Below are positions 8,451 through 15,222 of a stretch of 24,000 nucleotides of DNA, in pieces (within the stretch, counting starts at the first letter, position 1; every line of letters starts with the position of its first letter). The notes under the pieces are model-generated. The model was not told the origin of the DNA. It ran no database searches and saw nothing but the letters and a program-made list of their open reading frames with translations. The stretch is from NCBI RefSeq assembly GCF_003347515.1, contig NZ_QEII01000240.1, positions 74,065-98,064 of the forward strand. Direction: 5' to 3'. The stretch comes from Rhodoferax ferrireducens. Its GTDB lineage: Bacteria; Pseudomonadota; Gammaproteobacteria; Burkholderiales; Burkholderiaceae_C. Both the position numbers and the translations under genes were made by a program.

Positions 8451-10138
8451 CAGACCACCGTCAAGGGTTGGCCAAAACCAAGATCTCGACGCAGGCGTGT
8501 GCAAATTTCTTCGTGTGTTAGCCCCGCTCGTGCGCCATCAACCACGGCACCGAACACATTGCCTGACGAATTATCGACCACACGCGAGATGTGGTCGAGC
8601 GCTTTGTCGACTTCAGCGACGGAGCGCCCCTTCTTCCAGGTCGCAAAATCGTCCAAATGCCCCTGCATTACGGCCGGATCAGGGCGTTCAATGAAGGGGC
8701 GCGCACTGGCGTCCTCCTCGGTCTGAAACGCGTTGACGCCTACAACAAGCTGTTCGCCCGACTCGATGCGCCGTTGGGCGCGAAGGGCTGACGCGCCGAT
8801 CATTCGTTGAATCAGTCCCGATTCGACGGCCTTGTACATTCCGCCGGCGTCATCGACCATCTTGATGATGGACCGGATCTTTTCTTCCATTTGGTCCGTC
8901 AAGGCTTCCACGTAAAACGATCCCCCGAGCGGATCAATCACATCCGTCAGGTGGGCTTCTTCGCGAAGGACGTTTTGTGTCGCGACCGCAATGCGCGCAC
9001 CGAACTCGCTGGGGCATGCCAACGCCTCATCGTAGGCATCCGTGTGCAATGACTGGAGTCCTCCGAAGATTCCAGCCATCGCCTGAACGGTGACACGGGC
9101 AATGTTATTGAGCGGCTGTTGCCGCGTCAGGTCAACCCCTGAAGTCTGTCCGTGGAATTTAAAGCGGGATGACCTCGGGTCCTTGGCACCGAGTCGCTCG
9201 CGAGTAATCTGGGACCAAATGCGTCGCCCAGCACGAAATTTGGCGATCTCCTCAAAAAGGCTCAGCGAGATATCGAAAAAGAAGGTGAAGCGCGGCAAGA
9301 AATCGTCAGGATCCATACCACGAGCGATGCAGTCTTCGGCATTCTGAATAGCAGTACACAGCGTAAAGGCCATCGCCTCGGCCGGCGTCGCGCCTGCCTG
9401 CTGCATATGTTGACCGACCACCGACATCGGATTCCAGCGGGGAACATATTGCTTGCAATACGCGATGTGATCGAGCAATACGCGACGCGATCCAGGCAGC
9501 GAAAGCCGGTAGAACATGTGGTTGGCGACAAAATGCGAGATGTAGTCACTCTGGTTTGAAGTGCCAGTGATTGATCGCCAGTCGGTGCCACGCCGTTCGG
9601 CCGCAATCAGCATGAAGGCCAAAAGAGTGAATGGCGACGGGTCGTTCAGTGCACACGAGACTTCTCCGACGTCGACCCCTTGAAGGCTGCGCTGCATGTG
9701 GTCGACGTTGTTGATCACGACCCCACACGTTCCGAGCAGTTCCTTATCGACCGAGCTCATGTCATAGCCGCGATACACGGAATTGCAGGGAATGAGGGAA
9801 ACAGCCGTCGCACCGCCCTCCATCAGGCCCAATAGACGCGCGTTGTAGTCTGCCGGTGTGCCGAGCCCGACCAGTTGCCGCTGCGTCCAGGTGCGACCTC
9901 GGTACATCGTCGCATAGATGCCACGCGTGTAGTCGGGCTGGCCAGGGTAGCTCAGCGGATCATCGCCGCCGTACCGCGCCCAGTCGCAGGGGGTGTAAAG
10001 CGGTTTGATCGGTATCCCCGACACGTTTTCGAGAGGACGCTCCGCCGGAATCGACTCACGGTATTCGGTTTCCCACGCGGTGTAAGAGGGGGTCGATTCA
10101 AGACCTGTGGTGATCGACGGTTCAATTGGCTTGTCCAT
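8450..10138 (-). CDS. Coenzyme B12-dependent acyl-CoA mutase, large (substrate-binding TIM-barrel) subunit; divergent member of the methylmalonyl-CoA mutase family
   Basis: ORF 8450..10186. I prefer the ATG at 10138 (MDKPIEP), which has AAGGAAA upstream and sits 1 nt after the small-subunit stop. Family motifs are [55 protein letters not shown] and [15 protein letters not shown]. Confidence 0.85.
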
Positions 10139-10139
10139 T

Positions 10140-10580
10140 TCAATTTCCTTTACCAAGCAAGGCGGCACCCTCAATTCGAGCCTCACGTGCGTAGTCGCGA
10201 ATGCGCGCCGTGATTTCGTCCATCGTGCTGCCAGGATGGAATACCTGCCGTACGCCGCTCTTAATTAACTGGACTTCCTCGTTGTCCGGCACGATGCCGC
10301 CAACGATGACGCGCACATTACCCAGGCCGGCCTCCCGTAGCGCCTTGATCAGCTTGGGAACGATCAGATGATCGGTTGCCAGAGAGGAGATGCCAATCAC
10401 ATCCACATCCTCCTCGAGCGTCGTTTTCACGACGGTCTCAATGCTCTGCCAGGGAGGGGTATAGATCACCTCCATTCCGGCGTCGCGGCAGGCAGCGGCA
10501 ACAATGCGGCTGCCGCGGTCGTGGCCATCCAGCCCAATCTTTGTCACCAGCACCTTCGGTTTAAAGTCCTGTGGAGTCAT
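10140..10580 (-). CDS. Acyl-CoA mutase small subunit, B12-binding domain
   Basis: 146 aa. The canonical cobalamin-binding DxHxxG is present (GLDGHDRGS), followed by GISSL and VIVGGIVP, as in IcmB/HcmB-type small subunits. Confidence 0.85.
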   Translation of the reverse strand: MTPQDFKPKVLVTKIGLDGHDRGSRIVAAACRDAGMEVIYTPPWQSIETVVKTTLEEDVDVIGISSLATDHLIVPKLIKALREAGLGNVRVIVGGIVPDNEEVQLIKSGVRQVFHPGSTMDEITARIRDYAREARIEGAALLGKGN

Positions 10581-10590
10581 TCGCTATCCT

Positions 10591-11250
10591 TTACAGTTTG
10601 AGTAAATTCATTTTCAGCAGCTCGATGAATCGCTTGGCAATCTCGTCCGGCGTCAACGCGCCCCCTTCCCTGAACCAGGTTTGACTCCAGTTCAGTGCGC
10701 CCATGAGCAAGAGGCGCAGATCACGCCGCTCGACCGACTTCGGCAGCGGAAGCATTTCGAGCAGTGCTTCGAAGCGGTGTTCGTACGAGTTGCGAAGGAT
10801 GGCCAATTCGGCAGCGACGGCGGGGGCATCGTCGGGTCGGATGCGTATCACTACTTGCGAGTAGTCGGTACGATCCAACAGGGCTGATAGATGCCCGATG
10901 CAAGCAGCCTCGAGCCGATTCCACGGATCGTCAACGCCATCGATGGCGGCGTCGACCTTGGCAGAAATCCGCTCAACGCCCTCGCGATAAACAGCCACCA
11001 GCAGGGCTTCCTTGGTCTCAAAGTAGTAGTAGAGCGAGCCGGGCAGCATCCCAACGGGTTCGACAATCTCTCGAATCGACGCGGCGGCGAACCCCCGCTT
11101 GGCGAATACGCGCGCGGCTTCGTCAAGCAGTTTTGGCAAACGGTTGTGGGCACGCCGGGGGACCTTTGCGGCGTCTGAACTGGTCTCGGAAGAAATGTCG
11201 AGACGGGAGAGCTTTGTCACGGGCGTTTCCTTGGCTCGCTTGTCGAGCAT
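10591..11250 (-). CDS. TetR/AcrR family transcriptional regulator; first gene of the mutase-transporter operon
   Basis: 219 aa. The N-terminal HTH region LLDEAARVFAKRGFAAASIREIVEPVGMLPGSLYYYFETKEALL is typical of TetR. Only 10 nt separate its stop from the mutase small-subunit start. Confidence 0.85.
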   Translation of the reverse strand: MLDKRAKETPVTKLSRLDISSETSSDAAKVPRRAHNRLPKLLDEAARVFAKRGFAAASIREIVEPVGMLPGSLYYYFETKEALLVAVYREGVERISAKVDAAIDGVDDPWNRLEAACIGHLSALLDRTDYSQVVIRIRPDDAPAVAAELAILRNSYEHRFEALLEMLPLPKSVERRDLRLLLMGALNWSQTWFREGGALTPDEIAKRFIELLKMNLLKL

Positions 11251-11272
11251 ACCTTCGTCATAATTAGAAAAA

Positions 11273-11286
11273 CAAACAATTGTTTG
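11273..11286. promoter_or_regulatory. Perfect 14-bp palindrome CAAACAATTGTTTG; candidate TetR operator
   Basis: Read directly. It lies 22 nt upstream of the TetR start and immediately downstream of the predicted -10 box, so it overlaps the expected transcription start. Confidence 0.5.
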
Positions 11287-11292
11287 CTTAAA

Positions 11293-11321
11293 AGTATAGC
11301 CCCAGTCTCACCGCTTGGCAA
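11293..11321 (-). promoter_or_regulatory. Sigma70-like promoter for the TetR-mutase operon: TTGCCA-N17-TATACT
   Basis: On the minus strand the -35 TTGCCA is at 11321..11316, the spacer is exactly 17 nt, and the -10 TATACT is at 11298..11293. Confidence 0.45.
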
Positions 11322-11364
11322 TAGTTACTTACCGAGCCTTGTCCAATGAGGTATGAGCGTAGTA

Positions 11365-11840
11365 ATCGGCCCACTGGTCAAGTTGGGTGGGCACCATTGC
11401 GGTGGACGGCACCAAGATCAAGGCCAACGCCATCCGCGACAAGGCCATGAGCTACGACTGAATGCTCCAGGCCGAGGCCGAACTCCAGGCGCAAATCAAG
11501 GCTCTGATGGATAAAGCAAATGTGGCCGACCAAGCTGAGAGGAACGAGCCCAAGCTGGATATTCTGGGTGAGATCGCTCGCCGCCAAGACCGGCAAAGGC
11601 CAAGCCCCGCAAGCCCTACAAGCGCGAGTTTGGTGTGCCAGAGGACAAGGCGCAGGAAAACTTCACCGACTCCGACAGCCGTGTGATGAAACGCGCTGGC
11701 GGTGGACGAGACGGCGCACATTGTGGTGGCAGCAGAGTTGACCAACATGGCCGCTGACAGCGGCGAGGTACCCGCTGTGCTGCAAGCCGTCAAGGCCAAT
11801 TTGAATGTACAGCCTGCTCAAGTGCTGGCCGATGCGGGCT
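11365..11840 (+). mobile_element. Degraded internal fragment of an IS1182-like (IS4/IS5-superfamily DDE) transposase gene
   Basis: Pieces in three frames match the IS1182-type consensus as I remember it: LVKLG, then a frameshift, then IAVDGTKIKANAIRDKAMSYD. An in-frame TGA follows at 11459-11461 where Arg is expected, then MLQAEAELQAQIKALMDKA. A second frameshift gives RKPYKREFGVPEDKAQENFTDSDSRVMKRAGG, a deletion follows, and the last piece is VDETAHIVVAAELTNMAADSGEVPAVLQAVKANL..AQVLADAG. No terminal inverted repeats or N- and C-terminal parts were seen. Confidence 0.6.
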
Positions 11841-11955
11841 CCCCGTCCGGCAAGTTCGTCACCAGCGAGGTGCTCAACGTCGAGGGCGGAATGCTGCTGT
11901 GGTGTGAGTTCTGGCCGGCCGGCAAGCCCGACTACTTCAAGGTCGATCAGCCATG
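11841..11955 (+). pseudogene. C-terminal stub of a short-chain dehydrogenase/reductase, fused in frame to the transposase remnant
   Basis: SGKFVTSEVLNVEGGMLLW matches the characteristic SDR C-terminus (..ITGQxLxVDGGM..). There is no upstream Rossmann part. The reading frame switches from transposase-like to SDR-like right after LADAG. Confidence 0.4.
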
Positions 11956-12400
11956 AACGCGCAGGACCCGGCCCCATCGGCAAGTTACCTCCACGGGCCG
12001 TTTCAGCAACTCGTGGGATACGACAGCTTGAACGACGAGCGCGGCCTGTATTTCCGGCTGCCAATCCGGCGCGACCACCTCAACCCCCACGGCGTGCTCC
12101 ACGGCGGCGTGCCCTTGACCCTGCTCGATGCGGTCGGGGGCAGAACGCTGATCAACCGGCCAATCCCAGGCAGCGGCCAGCTCATCCAGTCGTCGGTGAC
12201 AGTCACGCTCACCGTGGATTTCATGCGTGCGATTGGCGCCGGAATCCTGTTTGCATCGGGAACGCCTGACTGCAGCGTCGTGCGTTCATTGCGTGCCCTC
12301 ACAGATATGGGCACGACGTTTGCGCTCACCTTGCGCACGAGGATTCGATGGTCTTATGAGATGCATCGGACCAGTACACGCACTCGCGCGGACACCCGGT
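11953..12400 (+). pseudogene. PaaI/4HBT-like hotdog thioesterase, probably decayed (3' end undefined, no stop codon)
   Basis: The start overlaps the preceding stop (ATGA). The N-terminal two-thirds is hotdog-like: HLNPHGVLHGGVPLTLLDAVGG ... TVTLTVDFMRAIGAG. After about residue 100 similarity fades. The frame then stays open until 13260 only because it runs antisense through the ADH gene. Confidence 0.4.
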
Positions 12401-12420
12401 GCACGACTTCGCGCCTTCGG

Positions 12421-14589
12421 TCATTTCTTGGGGCGTATCGCGTCTGCCGTACCCTGGATGAAGGCCTTGATCTTCTCCACATCGTCCACGCTCAGCTTGC
12501 CCGTGAAGTCAGGCATGCCCCTGCTCATGGCCGGTCCTTTGAAGATGAACTTGTCGAGGTTTTCGATGAAGGCCGCGTTCATGTAGCCGAGGTTGGGAAT
12601 GCTGCCGCTGCGGTCCACGCCGGGAACACCATGGCAGAGAACGCAGTTGCTCACATACAGCGCAGTACCCGCCGGCACCTGGGCCGGATCGTATTTCACG
12701 CCAGCCACCAGTTCGCCCATCCAGTAAGCAACAAACTCCGGCATAGGCGCTTTGCCACCCACGGCAAAGGTATAGACCGTGCCCAGGCCTTGTCGTTCGG
12801 AGGCGCGCTGGGAAACCCCGTAAGAGCCGCCCCATCCCACGGCAATCGACACGTACTGCTTGCCATCCACCAGGTAGGTGACCGGTGCCGCAATCACACC
12901 GGTGCCCGTCAGGGATTCCCACAACTTCTCGCCGTTCTGGGCGTTATAGGCAATAAATCGTCCGTCTGCCGTGCCCTGAAAAACCAGGTTGCCGGCCGTG
13001 GTCAGCGTACCGCCGTTCCAGGGCGACACCTGTTCCTGGCGCCACGCTTCTTTTTGTCGAACCGGATCCCAGGCAATCAGGCGTCCAAACGGCTTGCTTT
13101 TCGGCGGCGTTACATTGATCAAATTGCCAGTATTCCAACCCGTACCGGAGCCTGGTTGACCTGGCTTGTTGGAATTGAAGCTCCAGTTCTTGTCGTCCAT
13201 CAGGTTGACAGGTATATTTTGCGCCGGCAAGTAGACCAACCCGGTCTGTGGGTTGAATGACATGGAATGCCAGTTGTGCGCGCCGTAGGGGCCTGGAATG
13301 GCGTCAAACGGCCGATCCGTGGGGCGCGCCTCTGCGGTCTCGATGGGGCGCCCAGTCGCGTCATAGCCGGTGGCCCAGTTCACATCAACAAAGTTTTTTG
13401 CCGAGATGAACTTGCCGTTGGTGCGGTCGATCACGAAGAAGAAACCGTTCTTCGGCGCATGCAGGATCACCTTACGCGGCTTGTTATCAATCTTGAGATC
13501 GGCCAGGATCATCGGCTGGGTCGACGTGTAGTCCCAGTTGTCGCCGGGGGTTTCCTGGTAATGCCAGACGTACTTGCCGGTGTCCGGATTGAGTGCAACG
13601 ATGGAGGCCAGGTAAAGGTTGTCGCCACCTGCGGGGCTGCGCTTGGCGCGACTCCAGGGTGAGCCGTTGCCGGTCCCGACGTACATCAGATTCAAAGCTG
13701 GGTCAAAGGCCATCGAGTCCCAGGCGGTGCCACCGCCGCCCGCCGCCCAGTACTTGCCGCTGGGGTCCCAGGTTTTGGCCGCCGCGGCCATGGAGGCGTC
13801 TTCAAATGGCTTGCTTGGATCCCCTGGTACCGTGAACCATCGCCATTTTTGTTTGCCGCTGGCGGCATCGTAGGCCGTGATGTAACCCCGCACGCCGTAT
13901 TCGGCGCCACCATTGCCAATGATGACCTTGTCTTTGAAAATCCGTGGTGCGCCCGTGCTGGTGTAGGAACGGCTGTGATCAATGACGGTGTCCTGTTCCC
14001 ACGCCACTTTGCCGGATGCGGCATCGAGGGCGATCAACCGACCATCAAAGGCGGCAACGTAGATGCGACCCTTGTGCAAGGCTACGCCACGGTTAACCAC
14101 ATCACAGCAGCCTTTGTAACCGAACTCACGTTTGATTTCTGGGTCATAGGTCCAGATTCTTTTCCCGGTCCGCACATCCACGGCATGAACAATGCTCCAG
14201 GACGCGGTCACATACATGATGCCGTCCACCACCAGCGGCGTGGCCTCAACGCCTCGTGTGGATTCGAGGTTGTACGACCAGACCAGTCCCAGGTCCTTCA
14301 CATTGGAAGCATTGACCTGATTAAGCTTGCTGAACCGTGTCTCGGCATAGTCCAGCCCAGTGCTTGGCCAATCGGCGGTCCTGGCCTCGTTGGCGCGCAT
14401 GAACGCGCCATCGACCTTCTTGGTCACGGCCGCAATGTGCGCCGTCGAGCCCTTGGCCCCTTCGGCCATGGCGGCCGGCACTGCCGTGGCAAGCAGCGAA
14501 GCCACCGCCAACGTCAGGGCCAATGCAGGGCGCTTTACTAATTTCCCTTGCCGCGCCTGACGCGCCGGCTTGATCCAACTGTTCATCAT
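12421..14589 (-). CDS. Quinohemoprotein PQQ-dependent alcohol dehydrogenase (type II ADH: eight-bladed PQQ propeller plus C-terminal cytochrome c domain)
   Basis: 722 aa with a signal peptide ending PAAMA-EG. The vicinal disulfide GYKGCCDVVNRG is typical of PQQ-ADHs, and ETPGDNWDYTSTQ is the active-site region. The C-terminal heme c motif is CVLCHG, with a GMPDF Met-ligand region. The start is ATG 14589 or, with better SD spacing, 14586. It lies 21 nt downstream of the preceding gene. Confidence 0.9.
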   Translation of the reverse strand: MMNSWIKPARQARQGKLVKRPALALTLAVASLLATAVPAAMAEGAKGSTAHIAAVTKKVDGAFMRANEARTADWPSTGLDYAETRFSKLNQVNASNVKDLGLVWSYNLESTRGVEATPLVVDGIMYVTASWSIVHAVDVRTGKRIWTYDPEIKREFGYKGCCDVVNRGVALHKGRIYVAAFDGRLIALDAASGKVAWEQDTVIDHSRSYTSTGAPRIFKDKVIIGNGGAEYGVRGYITAYDAASGKQKWRWFTVPGDPSKPFEDASMAAAAKTWDPSGKYWAAGGGGTAWDSMAFDPALNLMYVGTGNGSPWSRAKRSPAGGDNLYLASIVALNPDTGKYVWHYQETPGDNWDYTSTQPMILADLKIDNKPRKVILHAPKNGFFFVIDRTNGKFISAKNFVDVNWATGYDATGRPIETAEARPTDRPFDAIPGPYGAHNWHSMSFNPQTGLVYLPAQNIPVNLMDDKNWSFNSNKPGQPGSGTGWNTGNLINVTPPKSKPFGRLIAWDPVRQKEAWRQEQVSPWNGGTLTTAGNLVFQGTADGRFIAYNAQNGEKLWESLTGTGVIAAPVTYLVDGKQYVSIAVGWGGSYGVSQRASERQGLGTVYTFAVGGKAPMPEFVAYWMGELVAGVKYDPAQVPAGTALYVSNCVLCHGVPGVDRSGSIPNLGYMNAAFIENLDKFIFKGPAMSRGMPDFTGKLSVDDVEKIKAFIQGTADAIRPKK

Positions 14590-14610
14590 GTCTCCTTTTT
14601 TTCGTGCTAT

Positions 14611-15222
14611 TTACTTTTGAGGTAAGTCGGTGATCGGGGTTTTGCGCCGCTGTCCGGTGAGCCGGTACAAGAGCCAGGCCAAGCCGATAAAGATCAAGGG
14701 CAATGGCAGGTATTTCCAGTAGTTGCGGACGCCGACGCGAAACGGAAAAACCGAGGTCTCCATCTTCCCGCTGACCGGGTCCGCAGCACTGATCAGGCCG
14801 ATGTACCAGCCAGGTTCAGTGAACCGGTGATCCAGGGTGACCGTGCCGCGCGAATAGACCTTGGCCGGCAACGCCACCAACGTCCGCTGCCCAATCCGGC
14901 TCGTATCGCCAAGATCCTCGTAGCGCGCCTTGGCACCCAGTCCATCCGCGTCACGCAGGATGCGGAACTCCACCACGCGTTCGCGCAGCGCGGGCTGGAT
15001 GAAGTCAATCACGATCACAGCCCGCCCTACCTCGGGTATGTCCTCGCAAAACTCCTGGCTGGCACGGTGCTCGGGCTGGTACCCGGCAAAATGAGCTTGG
15101 TTGCTGCCGATGCGCAGGATGCATTTGTCGTCTTCCATGCCGACCCCGCCATGCGCCCATGCCGATGCCGCAACCAACGCAAGCAGCGAGGAACTCAACA
15201 TTCGGATCAGTCGCATCTCCAT
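14611..15222 (-). CDS. Hypothetical exported protein with a C-terminal membrane anchor, co-transcribed with the CuMMO (PmoD/AmoD-like architecture; homology not established)
   Basis: 203 aa. The signal peptide MLSSSLLALVAASAWA precedes HGGVGMEDDKC. A soluble domain of about 140 aa carries two Cys, followed by one hydrophobic helix (LPLPLIFIGLAWLLYRL) and a basic tail. The start ATG overlaps the xmoB stop (TAATG at 15220-15224). Confidence 0.6.
   Translation of the reverse strand: MEMRLIRMLSSSLLALVAASAWAHGGVGMEDDKCILRIGSNQAHFAGYQPEHRASQEFCEDIPEVGRAVIVIDFIQPALRERVVEFRILRDADGLGAKARYEDLGDTSRIGQRTLVALPAKVYSRGTVTLDHRFTEPGWYIGLISAADPVSGKMETSVFPFRVGVRNYWKYLPLPLIFIGLAWLLYRLTGQRRKTPITDLPQK

Noticed and set aside
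8451-8504. N-terminal extensions offered by the ORF track: 8451..8504 for the chaperone, 10139..10186 for the mutase, 16464..16520 for xmoB and 2216..2263 for the binding protein
   Set aside because: Internal ATGs give proper Shine-Dalgarno spacing, stop-start coupling (TGATG) or a canonical signal peptide. The extensions would overlap upstream genes and add non-homologous residues.
10581-11340. A possible cobalamin riboswitch ahead of the B12-dependent mutase genes
   Set aside because: The mutase genes directly follow the TetR gene with a 10-nt gap. The only leader (11251-11290) is far too short and shows no B12-box-like sequence.
12400-13260. The continuation of ORF 11953..13260, which would make a 435-aa protein
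   Set aside because: Beyond about residue 150 it is simply the antisense of the PQQ-ADH gene and has no domain-like sequence. Only the N-terminal hotdog part looks real.
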